Assembly (NCBI GenBank): GCA_010405405.1
Contig: MU004238.1
Location: forward strand, 1,561,530-1,625,529
Direction of reading: 5' to 3'
Length of the DNA stretch: 64,000 bases
From: Microthyrium microscopicum
Taxonomy: Eukaryota
A program made the position numbers and the translations under genes. Shown here piece after piece: positions 48,299 through 60,704 of the stretch; position 1 is the first letter of the stretch, and the number at the start of each line of letters is the position of its first letter. The notes under the pieces are model-generated. The model ran no database searches and had not been told where the DNA came from. It saw nothing but the letters and a program-made list of their open reading frames with translations.

Positions 48299-50296
48299 TC
48301 AAACAACATCGACAACTCTCACCGCTCTATCTAGCCCTTCCTCTGACTCTTCTTTAGACACAAGTCCTGTCCACATCTTCGGTAGTACAGGCTGCGGCGC
48401 CTGCGATACTTTCGGGGTAGGCGCACCGTCATCCGAGGACAGGCTGTCTGAATTGTCGCTATCATCCGGCAGCGAGATATTGATGGCTTCGTTGAGGACG
48501 TGGCCTTGTTCAAAGTTCAATGTGGGCTCGCCAGGCGCCACTTGCTGATCTTCTTCGGCATCAGCAAAGATGTCATCGTCATCGGCTGGTAATGGGGTGC
48601 GACAGGCAATGTTGAGATCCGCTAGGTCCTTGCCGCTACTCTCTGTGATGAGCTCGTAGAAGAGCATGAACACTTGTCCTTGATGAAAGACGGTTCGGTC
48701 TGACACACGGTCCACATCGTCGTCACTTAACTCCCACCAACCGGGAAAACTTGGTTTGGACTGGGGCTCGGAAGGCTTTGTTGGGTTATGTGTGGGTGGA
48801 TATTTTCGGTAGCAGATGTAGTGTCCATTTTCATGTCTTCCGTGGTGTATCACAGCCGCGCGTAGCTCGTATTGCCAATCGGAAGGTTTTGGATACACAT
48901 AGGATGAGGTAGGTTGTGGAGGAAGCATCGAGCTGCGAGGATCCGCTATTGAATCTGGTACGGGAATTTCTTTTGCTTCTCCTTCCTGTTTTGATTCCAA
49001 ATTTTCTGATGCCAGTTCATTGACACACCAAGGTCCTAGATCCAACCCAACAGGAAATCGAACTTGTGCTGTATTCTTGTACATTGCTCCAGAGTACTCA
49101 TCAAACACGCTTCGATTCACGTGTATAGCGAAAGCCTTTGGCGGCCGGGCAATTGCAGTTTGTTTTGACTTTGTCGTAGACTCCCACAAATTCTTCGATA
49201 AAGAGCACTTTTTTATGAGTGTCTCGTCCGCAAAATCATCGTTAGCTAGCGCTTCCTCAACTGCTGCCAGACGGCTTGTAAGAACAGGGACGAGCGGAGA
49301 GGCCTCGTTCTGAGAAAGCATTCTCTTGAGATTGGCTTGTGCCCGTAGAAGAGTACATTTTGGACATTGGACGCCTTCGATAAACTCCAACTTCGAGTAT
49401 TCGTCCAGAAGTTCTGAAATGTGATAGGTGTTATATCGACCGAGTGGCAAGGTAAGGTTATTGAAGGGAATGAGTGATATGCCATCCGAGTGGCCGCACT
49501 GTAGACATCCAACGCGCTGAGCAATGAGTCCTTCGAGTGGATTTTGTAGCTTGTTATCTGCTGCGGCTTTAGTGTCGGGTGTTTCTACCAGGTCAGACAC
49601 GTCAAGCAAACCACTGAGGCCGTTAGACTTGGAAGCCAGGTTTCTTCTGTTGATGGCCTCCTTGTCAATCTGGTCCAAGATCTTGGAGTAGTATTCCTGC
49701 GCATCCTGTTGTTCTATGCTGCTCATTGATTTCAGAGCGCATGGCAGCCACATCATTCGCGAATTCTGAGGCGTATTTAGGAGGTACATGGTCTCTGTGA
49801 GTACAGTAGACGTGGCTGTGCCATTAGTTCCATCCTCGATGATCTGATCCAAAAACTTTGGGAACGAGACGAGTGAGGACAGTCCTTGAACAACGCTGTT
49901 CTGATAGCACGAGAAGTCGACATTTCCCAATCCCAAAGGCTTTGACTGGATCATTCGCTGTGCAAACGCAGGCAGTCCAGTCCGCGCAATGATGCGCCCT
50001 GCGGCAGAGCCGGGGGTCTTTCCACCAGAATGTATGAGAGCTGTTGGTCTGATAAGTCCGGTAGAAAATCGGTATGCCATGTCCTTCAGCCCCAGCAACA
50101 CCCGCTTCACGAAGAATAATATTCTGTAATGCGCTGTGCCGCCAGTAACGTGATAGGCACTGGCAAGAGCTATCAGAGCAGGGAGGATGAGTTTGGCATC
50201 GATCCAAGTTTCCAAGGCGGGCTTTCGTAGTTGTTGAGTGCCCTGAAAGGATGAGAACGAGGGTTTTGAGGCTGCCCAAGCAGTGTCGACATTCAT
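48299..50296 (-). CDS. Ubiquitin-specific protease (peptidase C19; Ubp1/Ubp16/USP30-like with N-terminal hydrophobic segment)
   Basis: Cys box GLGNVDFSCYQNSVVQ, QQDAQEY, CLQC..CPKC, His box HHGRHENGHYICYR, WWELSDDDV, VFMLFYE. Confidence 0.9.
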   Translation of the reverse strand: MNVDTAWAASKPSFSSFQGTQQLRKPALETWIDAKLILPALIALASAYHVTGGTAHYRILFFVKRVLLGLKDMAYRFSTGLIRPTALIHSGGKTPGSAAGRIIARTGLPAFAQRMIQSKPLGLGNVDFSCYQNSVVQGLSSLVSFPKFLDQIIEDGTNGTATSTVLTETMYLLNTPQNSRMMWLPCALKSMSSIEQQDAQEYYSKILDQIDKEAINRRNLASKSNGLSGLLDVSDLVETPDTKAAADNKLQNPLEGLIAQRVGCLQCGHSDGISLIPFNNLTLPLGRYNTYHISELLDEYSKLEFIEGVQCPKCTLLRAQANLKRMLSQNEASPLVPVLTSRLAAVEEALANDDFADETLIKKCSLSKNLWESTTKSKQTAIARPPKAFAIHVNRSVFDEYSGAMYKNTAQVRFPVGLDLGPWCVNELASENLESKQEGEAKEIPVPDSIADPRSSMLPPQPTSSYVYPKPSDWQYELRAAVIHHGRHENGHYICYRKYPPTHNPTKPSEPQSKPSFPGWWELSDDDVDRVSDRTVFHQGQVFMLFYELITESSGKDLADLNIACRTPLPADDDDIFADAEEDQQVAPGEPTLNFEQGHVLNEAINISLPDDSDNSDSLSSDDGAPTPKVSQAPQPVLPKMWTGLVSKEESEEGLDRAVRVVDVV

Positions 50297-50941
50297 AGTC
50301 GCGGGAGAAGGGAGGCGTTTTACACAGGATAAAGTAGGATCACGCGAAAGGTTTGGGTGTTGAGCTGCGTCATGAGGAAGTCCGAGTTATCATATCGTCG
50401 TGAATACGCAGAGAGGGATGGGATCGCGTGTAGTGATGTATTTGAAGGTGTCGTGGAGGCAAACGGAGGGCCGGAGAGGTGAGAGGAAAGATGGAGGTGG
50501 TTCTTTCTCGAAGGAATGCGACCAGGGGTGCCTCATATCCTATCCACTTGCCGCATCTGCACTGTACACATTTGATATCTTGCGGTCAAGTTAATACTGA
50601 AAAGAAGTATTGAGAGTTTTCACCGCAATCCTTAGATAATATATACCAGAAACTAATTTTAAGATTGGCTATATTTCACTGCAAATATCGAAGCTTCCGT
50701 GAAGCAAGTTTTAAATCCGTTCTGTTTCTGTACTAGCGATCCCCGCATACGAAGTACTGGACTGCTACCAAAATATTGTGAACTTTTCGCACAGCTACAT
50801 CTTCCACACCCAGATTCATATTCCAGATTCCACAATCAACCCTTCATCATAGACCCTTCATCACAAAACCGTCAATAGCGACATACACGCCATCTCACCT
50901 CCTCAACGACTCTCCCACCAGCAACCACCTCACCAACCACA

Positions 50942-51558
50942 ATGGCCAAAACACCCAAACCCAAGAAAAAAAGTCCGTCTCCCCTCCACCCACCCTCACC
51001 ATATCACTCCCTTTCCCTTTGCACTAACACCACCCAGCCGCCTCCCTCAACTCCCGCGCCGCCCGCCGCGCCACCTCACCCACAATGATCATCAAAGACC
51101 TCCCAACGTCCGCCGGGGGCACCGCCGAACCCTACATCCCACGCACCGACGGTTCCTCCGGCATCCGCAAGTCGAAAACCCGCAAAACACGCGCCCAAAA
51201 ACTCCGCCAGCAAAAGGTCGTTGAGCGAGCAGATCTGGTGAGTGCGCGCACACAGATGAAGATTGCGAAAAGTGTGGGCAAGCGCAAGGTGGTTAAGGAG
51301 AGGCGTAAGGATTGGGAGGCGGTTAATGGGGTTAAGAGGAAAAGTGGGTTTGAAGTGCTTAAGGATGGTGGGGATGATGATGATGAGGGATGGGATGATG
51401 AGGAGGAGGAGGTGGGAGGGGGTGTGGAGGATAGAGTGATGAAGGATTTGGAGCATGGGGAGAAGATGACGTTGGAGGTTAGACCGTCGGTTGCGGTTGG
51501 AGGTGTGGAGAACGAGCAGGATGGACAGGTGGTTGAAGAGGTTGATGATGAGATCTGA
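50942..51558 (+). CDS. ALB1: Ribosome biogenesis factor Alb1 family
   Basis: MAKTPKPKKK, intron about 50973-51038, then SLNSRAARRATSP..RAQKLRQQK..ERA..KIAKS..VKERRKDWEAVN and an acidic tail. Confidence 0.75.
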
Positions 51559-51892
51559 AAAGAAAAAGTGCTGAAGAGATGTTTGTATGATACCCATAGG
51601 CAGTGAGCAGGAACTTATGATTGATATGATTTTATTGATATACGCAACTACACTACTTCAAGATCCGCGTAGGGTTCGATCAGCCCTGCCATACCTTTTG
51701 GTTGATGAGCGTGCTCCATATCATGCACATGGGGAGTCCATGCCTATTAGCTTCTATCCTCTATCGCTTTGGGGTTGTGGCCGGCTATGATACATTGGAT
51801 ATGTTGAACATTCTGATCATACAAGCGTATCTGCTGGAAATCTACCAAGAGCCTGAAAAATAGCGACCGTAGACTGGCACAGTGGCTCGTAA

Positions 51893-53260
51893 TCAAGCTT
51901 GAGTGATAATGTCTGGAACATGCTCTTCAACAGCAATCTCACTTAGAGCATTTTCTGGCTCTAGAGCACTGCTCTCGAAGCTTACTTTTCCAAGCGGGAA
52001 AGAATCAGAGAGGCTAAGATCATGATCAACTGTCCTATCTGATTCGAGAGAAGGTAAATCCAGCGAGTTGAGTGAGTCCAATCTTGTGCCATCAATGTCA
52101 GATAAAGGAATTGTCGAGAAAGAGCTAACATCAATGCTGGAGTGGGCTTTTTTGGTAGATGGCCATCGAGAAAATTTCATACGGTTTGGAAGACGCTGAG
52201 ATGCTGAGCGGGTCAAGCCTCGAAATAGATCAAAGAGACTGGAGCTTGACGTGTTTCTATGCTCGTTCGTGTCTTTCGGTGGCGGTGAGGTTGGTGGTGG
52301 TAGCTGGGCAACATCGATGAATGGTTGCTGCCTCGACTGTCGATTTGGCTGCAAATGGTCTGGCTGTGTCCATATGTTGGATTCTTCCGAGGAGGGCGGA
52401 TATGTCGAAATCGTGCTTGATGTGGTAGGGGAATTCTCCTCGTTCACACGTTGCATCGTTGATTTCTCTTTCTCTAGACCCAAATGCCGAACGACTTCGG
52501 GATTCAGCAGCTTCAGTTCTTGTAAAGGTGTCCGAGCATAGGCAGCATCAAGGTTCTGCACAATCCCATTGATTGAGGCATATATTCGATCTCGATAGTA
52601 TGGACGGCAGTTCTAAGGCTCAATTAGCACCAGACTCCTCGGTCATTTGTGAAAACTAACATGACAGCATTTCAGGTGACACTTTGCATCAACTTGAGGG
52701 CGAGTAGTGCCAGTCTCTGGTTTCGAGGCCGCGAGATGGTGTCTTTTCGTCGTGACATCAGTGGACACTGATTCATCATCGAGCTCTGAAGCGACATTGG
52801 AAGCAATAGCTCTCCGAATTACTTGATTCACGTTGATCTTTTGTCTCTTCAAAGTTTTGAGCTGATGATCCGAGTACAGCCCTTGCGAGGCTTGAGCCAA
52901 GATTGAACGACTAAAACCCAGCTCACGTAGTTCTGCGAGAATTTGGGATGATTCGTCAGGAGAAGCTGCCAGCTTTCCGTCAGACACCAGTAGAGACTGT
53001 AGCCGATCTTGTTGACATTCATAGACCCAACCCATAGACGGCGACTTGCGGCAGACATCGCAAATGTTCTTACCGTAGATCAAGTCCATTGATATGTGGG
53101 TGCAGTTCGGACGTGCATAACCAGGGCGGTTAGATGCCTGTTTACGATTAGATAAGAAGGACACTAGGTGTCGTGAAGGGCGATTTGTGGCATTGTGTTT
53201 GGAGGATACATGATGACGGGACGTTGAAAGGACACGCATGTTGTGAGATACTGAGATCAC
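51893..53260 (-). CDS. Hypothetical fungal protein with Cys/His cluster (putative Zn-binding), 2 exons; start uncertain
   Basis: CTHISMDLIYGKNICDVCRKSPSMGWVYECQQD and CHLKCCH|NCRPYYRDR across an intron at about 52614-52660. Confidence 0.6.
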
Positions 53261-54927
53261 TCAAGGTGTGGCTTTTTCCGAGATCAGGTTGTAGCCGAAG
53301 ATGCGAGATGGGAGTAGCTATAGTAACTCACATGCCGCTCAGCACATTTTCTTTTAGCGCTCATGAGATCGAAAAGAGTCAGCCAGGCAAACGAGCAATA
53401 GACGTGCTTGGGTTACGAGGACCGGAGCAAACGGAGAATGCAATCGTAGCTGTAGCCGTAGCTGTAAAGATGTGAATGATCGGTTGTGTAATGAAGGTAG
53501 CTCAGGAAGTTGTAGGTAAACAAGGTCATTCCAGGTTGTTCAGGCAAAGAAGCAAATGAGGTGATGGAATCTAGAGGAGATGATGGAAAAGGAAAAGAAA
53601 ATGAAGAGGATTCTGATTCAAACTGCTCGGGCTGATAAGATGCTACCTACCACATGCATCCAAGTTGGGCAGTATCGACTGGTCTGATGCTGGTCGTGCT
53701 TTCCATCCTTAAGTTTGGTTTAGCCCGTCACACCTCCCATAGTCGAGAGATTTCGAATCGCGACTGCCTTCTGGAGGCGTAATCCCAAGCTCAGAGTATC
53801 TTCCAAGATCTTGATATGATCCAAAATGTTGCGGTCTATTTCCGAAAGATCTCAAGTCGGTCCAAGGAGAAGAAATATATTTCAAGATCGAGATATTGCT
53901 GCGTTGCATCTTCATCCCACGTTGCCAAAGCCATGCACACCCATCAAACATTGGGTTTGTACCCTTCCAACCCAGCTCTTCAAACGCTACGCCACGAAAG
54001 GTGAAGACTGGCAATGTTTGTCGCCATCTTCCCGATCTTAGCAGTCATTAAATCATCGGACTGTGGTTAGCTGCTTGGTATCAGGAAGCTAGCACTTGGA
54101 CACATGCTAGTTATGGGCAGTCAATGCCCAACTGTCGGACAACGCCAGAGACGCCTGCATGGCAAACATATCTGTCAGAAAAGAGGTGGTACCAGAGTTG
54201 CTGGGTCCAAACATTTTGGCAATCTCGACAGCCAAACGACCTTTTTGTATAGCGGTCCTGATAGCTGATAAGTATAGAGTAGTCATTGGCAGGAGTGCAA
54301 GAGAAAAGTGCGTAATTGAAGTTGGCTCAGGTATACACGCATTTCCACGAGGTGTTCCAAGTGCTCTGTGAAGCTCAACGCTTTCCAGCAATAGGCCTTG
54401 CGTTGGATCAGTGAGTACGGGCTCAATGCATCTCCGATACTGATGAATATATTGACGCGATGCCCTCTTCCGAGTATAGCTAAATCGCGCTCAGTACGCG
54501 CCTGGAAAGATTACAGCGCTCGAGTGGTTTAGTGTATCAAAAGAGCTGGAGAACCGGATGAAAAGATGGGCTTGTGAGCTGGAGGCCAGCTACTGGCTGC
54601 TGTTACTTGCTTCTCAATGATTGAAGTCCGGCAGCCCCAACCTCCTAGATTTCGAGCTTCTTAAAGTCTCGCCAGGATCCAGATTAATTACAGGCTTGTG
54701 CACAGATGCCTCGGGGCACTCCGGCCAATCGGTGAGGTCCGTTGCTCTCCAAAGACGCGCTAGTTAATTAGCCTGGCTGACTTTACCAGCAATCAAGAAC
54801 AACAACACATCAAGCGTCAACAAGCCGACTTCTATCTTCATTACCCCATTATCACCCCTCTGCGCCCGTTACACATCTTGCGCTATCTTCCATCGAACCT
54901 GTTGACGTCGAAGCGTCTTCTGTCAAG

Positions 54928-55873
54928 ATGTCTGTCAAGTTCCAGGAGGAGATTACCAAAACTACGACCCAGACCGCGGGTCAAGTTGGCGGCAAAGCCG
55001 GCGAGAAACATGACCTCCTCCATGAAGTTGGCGAGGCCCTGACCAAAGGCGCCGGGCCACAAGGCTATCTCGCTGTATGTTATGTTTTCCATCCAAATGC
55101 TATGGCATCATGGCTAATCTTTGCGCTTTGCGACAGGCCTATCTCCAACAGCTCCAAAGCAATCCATTGCGCACCAAGATGCTCACATCCGGATCGCTTG
55201 CTGGTCTCCAAGAATTCCTCGCTTCATGGATCGCTCACGACAAGAACAAGAATGGCCACTACTTCACGTCTCGTGTGCCGAAGATGGCCATCTATGGTGC
55301 TTTCATCAGCGCCCCTCTAGGGCATGTCCTTATCTCAATCCTCCAGCGAACATTCGCAGGCAGAACCAGCTTGAAGTCTAAGATTCTCCAGATCTTGACC
55401 AGCAATTTAATTGTGAGTCTGTTACTCTCAAGTCTCTGCCTCAAAGTTACTAACCGCCGGGTGTTCCCTAGGTGTCCCCTATCCAAAATTCCGTCTACCT
55501 AGTTGCAATGGCAGTCATTGCTGGAGCCCGCACATTCCATCAAGTCAGAGCTACAGTTCGCGCTGGTTTCTGGCCTGTTATGCGCGTTAGCTGGATTACT
55601 TCCCCAGTTACTTTGGCATTTGCGCAAGCATTCTTGCCTCAAGAAGCTTGGGTGCCATTCTTCAATATCGTTGCATTCGTAATTGGCACCTACATCAACT
55701 CGCACACGAAGAAGAAGAGACTAGCAGCACTCCGGAGAAAGCACTACGGTGATGGACGTGATCCACGCGATCCACGCAGTGGCTCCGTCGCGGGCGGATC
55801 CGTCTATAAAGATTACAAGGAAGAATCCTACGGAGGACCCCAACCTCCCGGAGCTGGTCGTCCTCCATACTAG
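54928..55873 (+). CDS. Peroxisomal membrane protein, Mpv17/PMP22 (PXMP2) family, 3 exons
   Basis: AYLQQLQSNPLRTKMLTSG, RVPKMAIYGAFISAPLGH, SWITSPVTLAFAQAFLP..WVPFFN; introns about 55075-55136 and 55413-55471. Confidence 0.9.
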
Positions 55874-57141
55874 ACGATACCTACTCAACACCAATTGCAC
55901 ATTTTGAGGTCTTTTGTTTGTGGAACGATTTGAGGACCATCAGCAAATGGACTATACTATTACAAGGACTGGCTGAACGACTAGCTACATCTTAACTCAC
56001 AGACTGATGGCGTACAAATTTTTTCTATACCCTGTCGAGTTCGAGGTATTTTCAACGTCACAGCCAGCTTGCATTCGAACCTGTCTTTTGCGGTTGTATA
56101 TAGCTATTCTCACTGAGTACGGAATCTTGTAAGTAATGGAACATAACCCCCATGCTCAGGAGGAGTACAGGTGTTCGAATTGCGAATCTTGTTTTGAATT
56201 AGATCGAGCTAGTTATGTCAAGCCTATATTGCTGAACTGGTGTCCTTCTCACAAAACTGCGCCTTTGGGTACTTGACAACCCAATTGTTGCACCCGAGTG
56301 CGCTAAAAGCCAAACAAAACAGGACGACAGAACTTCATTCATCCCTCTAATTGCCTACCAACGATACGAGTCAAGTAAGTTCTTTCTAACTTATTGGTGT
56401 TGAACAATTTTCTTTATCACGATGACATTCACGTCATGTCTTAGGTCAGTCTTATGCTATCATCACTGTAATCACCCGCACTAATCGTGCCCAATGTCAT
56501 CGGTAAGACATGCAACATTCTTTGACAAACAACTAACGAAGCTCGTTGCTCGACAAACCAGTTTTCTGAAGGCAAAGCTTTTCATCATCGTGGCTACCCT
56601 GTCCACCTAACGTTGTCCTTTAGACCCTCTCACTTTGAATCTCGAACTAACAATTCCCAGCAAACAACGGACGGGATTCAATTATCCAGTGACATGCGGC
56701 ACGCCACAAACGAGTTGTGCAGCTACTATTTCCAACGCCAGCGCTTACTTGCATGCAGCAAGAGATTCTTTATTGCATTCTCTACATCACAATTTACATG
56801 TCTGAAAGGTTTATTGATGCTATTGGCAACTATCAACACCATGATGCGTTGTCAACGGTATCTAAAAGATCATCGTCAGGGCGACCTTTCGGCTGCTACC
56901 ACCTTCGATGAATAGCGATAAGAGCACCCGCTGACTTGGTCGATCTGTAGTAGTCATTCGCACTTGGGATTGTATGTCATTCTAGACCACATCGCGTGCG
57001 GGTCACAACGATAGAGGCCTTTATTCAACCAATCTTCTTTTTTTGTGACACCACTACCCGTTTGATAAGTTTACAGACAAGGTCTGACTCATCTCGTGCG
57101 ACTGTTATCAAGTTGCTTTTAAACTAACATGGCCCTTATAG

Positions 57142-59229
57142 ATGTGCTTCGGAACCAAACCGAAGGAAAAAGGAATTGTAGTCTTATCCCGCAAGAGCAA
57201 AAGCAAGACGAAGACCAAAACGAAGACCACAACCAAAATTGAACATAAAGCCATGTTGACGCATCATAATCCTGCGCCTGTTATTCCATATCGTCCACAT
57301 GCACCATGGGAGCGCTCTCTTGGGCAAATTTCTCATGGCTGGTTCCCTCCACGACCCTTTCCACCACATTACCGAGCGGCTCGGCCCGAATTTGGAAAGC
57401 TTTCTCTTGACGAGGCAACTCTCAAGCTACTCGACTATCTCCAGAAGGAGAAGGCAATAGCCACTCGCGGTCTGTTCGAGGCAATGCATTCAATTCCAGC
57501 GGTGACGCAGCAACCCGAACCAGGATTGTATAGGGTACTAGAGAAGCTTCAGCGCTACGTATTTCCTGGGGTGATGGGCATAAAACTTCAATACAAGGCA
57601 GACGACTTGATGCCGGAAACTCCAGGGTGTGCGATGCTTGGTGGTCCATACAGTAATCTTGTCGAGCTCCATTTCAACCGTCTTTTGGTTTCTAGGCACT
57701 GGCTACACGACTCTCCATTGGGACGACAAATGCTTTTTGGTGTCTTTCTTCACATGATGATTCACGCATACTTCCTTATGAACTGTACTCCACCAAAGCC
57801 AGGCGCGGTCGATGAGCGCTTGAAGCACGAGAATCATTTCGGAGCCGTACTATACAAGCTCAAAGAACTGTGCAACGAGGCGGGAATTGAGGGTGTGCAT
57901 CAGATCAGATTTGCATATCCTCTCAACCAACTTCTTGGTCGGCAATCATCCAGGCCCTTTGAAGGCTTCTTCAATGAAGCTCCTCGGCCTTTCTGCTCTC
58001 ATTGCAAGCCAGATGTTCCTGAAATTGACGCGAGCGTAATCAGCAAATGGATTGAGAACGATTTACGCAAGAGTGTGGATCCCGAAATCTTTCAACTCGG
58101 TTCGGATGGCAAATTCAGTGGGAAGAAAAAGTCACAAAGAGGCAATCCCAGAGAATACGTACTCTTCCGCATCGGCAAGAAGCTGTATATGCATCTTCTT
58201 TCTGACTTCAAGCACGACTCAAGTCTCCTAAGCCATATCAGACACCATGATACCGTGTTCGAGCTGCCAAAATGGATGGATGAGAAGTTATTGAAAGAGT
58301 TCTTCACCTTTTTCAAAACAGGTACCTTTGGGAATGCGCTGTCAGATTCACAAGTTCCGGATGGTAGAGGCCCACCGCTCATCAACCAACTCAAGCCAAT
58401 TGCTGAATGGAAACCCTCACTCCTCGTCAACGTACAAATGGCCCTTCTAGGCATGATGCTACAGATGTGGGAGTTGCAGAGACATGCCGTGGAACGACTA
58501 CAAAACTCACATATTACCCATGAAGATCCCATCGCTGTCATCGAGGCTCTCTTCAATCAGGACCTCGGGGATAGATTTATCCCCCAAGCACTTATCGATT
58601 GGTTTACTGCGTGGATGATCGTATATTCCGAAAAGGCCCTGAAGCCTGGTGATAATCCCAAGGACAAGGGGAACTACGGCCAGATCATCAAAAACAAACG
58701 CTACACCGCACTGCTGTCTAGTGCGATTCATCGCAATGAACTCAGCAACGCTATGGCGGTGGCAGGCAAAAGCTTAGCTACTTATCCTGCCAAGTCGCCT
58801 CCTCCACCTCCACCACCTCGCGAGTTCTTTCCCATGTCTTTGTTCCAGCAAATGTTTAATTCGCCAATGGGCCCGACGCCTCAGATCCCTCAGATCCCTT
58901 TCTCTCCTTTTGACTACTCCCGGTTAGCAGTGGCTTCTAGGCAAGGCCTGCCACCACCATCGTTTCTTCCTCCCCATATGGCGAATGGCATGCTTGGCAT
59001 GGGTATGGGTGGTCAAGAGCAACACCTGACGATGCTCCTCGATATGGGCAAATGGGGACCAGTCCGTAACATGGGCGACAAGACATGGGAGTGCATGGTG
59101 GAAGGACTCCCGCATTTCCAGGCTGTCTGGAAAGATGGAAAGTGGTCCCCACGTGTACAAACAGGAGCCATTCCTGATATGTCACGTATAAAATTTGGTT
59201 ACCCTGAGCCCATTTGGGGGGTGGCTTAA
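57142..59229 (+). CDS. Hypothetical protein with SprT-like (degenerate HExxH) and BTB-like regions
   Basis: 695-aa intact ORF; VFLHMMIHAYF..KHENHF resembles the SprT HExxH..H motif; later FFTFFKTGTF..LVNVQMALLG..LQRHAVERL resembles a BTB/POZ C-terminal half. Confidence 0.6.
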   Translation: MCFGTKPKEKGIVVLSRKSKSKTKTKTKTTTKIEHKAMLTHHNPAPVIPYRPHAPWERSLGQISHGWFPPRPFPPHYRAARPEFGKLSLDEATLKLLDYLQKEKAIATRGLFEAMHSIPAVTQQPEPGLYRVLEKLQRYVFPGVMGIKLQYKADDLMPETPGCAMLGGPYSNLVELHFNRLLVSRHWLHDSPLGRQMLFGVFLHMMIHAYFLMNCTPPKPGAVDERLKHENHFGAVLYKLKELCNEAGIEGVHQIRFAYPLNQLLGRQSSRPFEGFFNEAPRPFCSHCKPDVPEIDASVISKWIENDLRKSVDPEIFQLGSDGKFSGKKKSQRGNPREYVLFRIGKKLYMHLLSDFKHDSSLLSHIRHHDTVFELPKWMDEKLLKEFFTFFKTGTFGNALSDSQVPDGRGPPLINQLKPIAEWKPSLLVNVQMALLGMMLQMWELQRHAVERLQNSHITHEDPIAVIEALFNQDLGDRFIPQALIDWFTAWMIVYSEKALKPGDNPKDKGNYGQIIKNKRYTALLSSAIHRNELSNAMAVAGKSLATYPAKSPPPPPPPREFFPMSLFQQMFNSPMGPTPQIPQIPFSPFDYSRLAVASRQGLPPPSFLPPHMANGMLGMGMGGQEQHLTMLLDMGKWGPVRNMGDKTWECMVEGLPHFQAVWKDGKWSPRVQTGAIPDMSRIKFGYPEPIWGVA

Positions 59230-60371
59230 TTGGTTACCGACAGATTGAGCAATAGAAGTTGTTTTACGACTACCAGCACACTGGATCGGGCGACATTTTG
59301 AATTTACACAAGCAACACAGATTTCGGCCTAACGCATTATTCACACAAGCAACATATTTTCCGGCCGAATGAATTTCTCATGCATTTAACGACTTTAACT
59401 TCACCATTTGAACGCTAGCTCTACGTACCTACGGACACGACAGCATACGTCCGACTGTTCAATATCAATCATATGATACTAGACATGCACCAATCTTCAC
59501 GGCCTACGCATGGATTCTTGAGATTTAGACTTTACTACTAATTTTGCATTCATCATGTTCGACAGCATTCGCATTTTTCTGCATCTTAGCTCCCTTGCAT
59601 TTTACTACCTTGCATTTTTCGGTTTGCGCCTTGGAAGTCTCAATTTGTCGGCGGTTTTCTCCATGTTATGCTTGTTATTTGTGCGTTGTGTTCTCTTTGG
59701 TGGTTGGTTACCCAAGGTTAGATAGGTTAGATAGCTTGATTTAGCCATGCATTCGCTTCTAATATCATTACCAATAACTTCCTCATATCTTCAATACGCC
59801 ATATACTGTTTGGTTTCACAATCTAGCCATTTTGACCTGGATGTCATCTGATTCAAGCCAGCGCCTTCACAAACCCGGTGTGAATCTATTTACTTTACTG
59901 AATTTCATATACACTACGTAATGTACCAGATCTCATAGCGCCATTGACATCGCTACAGCGACTTTGCCTCGCCGAGTTGATGGAGACACAAGTGTCTTCT
60001 TCCCAGGAGAACAACCGCAGCTATTGAAATAGACAGGTCCACACCAGCTATTGTTTTCAGTAGCTCGGCGGCTCATTTGAAACTGCTTGGTGTGTATTTT
60101 TGCTATATGCCAGGCATATAATAGTATAATAATCACATTAGCACTTACACTTTCTAGAGCAATAGAGCGTAGCACAAATACAACGCGACGTTGCTTTGGA
60201 AGAGATCTAAAATCCTCACTTGGTCGCACTTGGGTTTGTGTAACCCAATAAAGTGAGTTCATGAGCACGATGGGCTCCTATACTCCAAGCAGTATTTAGC
60301 TCGCTGCCATTGCACTCTCCTAATTCTTTCATTACATTTGCGTCCCCTACGAACTGAACACTGGTGAAAAC

Positions 60372-60704
60372 ATGCATATCCGACTCGCAACAATCGTGGG
60401 CCTCACCATCATACGAACTGTCGTATGCGCTACATGTCCAAATGACCTCACCCCCGACAATTTGTATGGAGAGTGCTGTGGTCCATCTCCCGAAGACAAG
60501 GCGCTGTTCAACTGTATTCCTACTCCCGGATCACTCGTCGAAATCTTTCGCTAATTTGTTCAAGGCACTAATACCGGTTTTCCGGACTGGCCTTTCTTAT
60601 GCGACACGTCAAGAGGTGAAAAGCCATTATGCTGTAATAGGCGGTTCATTGGAACGGCTACTGATAACGGATACATCAACACTTACTGCAGGTGGACGAC
60701 ATAA
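60372..60704 (+). CDS. Small secreted 8-cysteine hydrophobin-like protein (93 aa, 2 exons)
   Basis: Removing intron 60514-60564 (GTATTC..GCTAAT..AAG, 51 nt) gives MHIRLATIVGLTIIRTVVCA-TCPNDLTPDNLYGECCGPSPEDKALFNCTNTGFPDWPFLCDTSRGEKPLCCNRRFIGTATDNGYINTYCRWTT*, with a C-CC-C-C-CC-C pattern. Confidence 0.75.

Noticed and set aside
53300..54900. Short ORFs between the divergent hypothetical gene and the PXMP2-family gene
   Set aside because: Short, no motifs and no consistent splice model; treated as intergenic.
56370..57141. Intron-like signals (GTAAGT, GTAAGA, CTAAC..AG) upstream of the SprT-like gene
   Set aside because: No coherent coding model could be built; at most a spliced 5' UTR.
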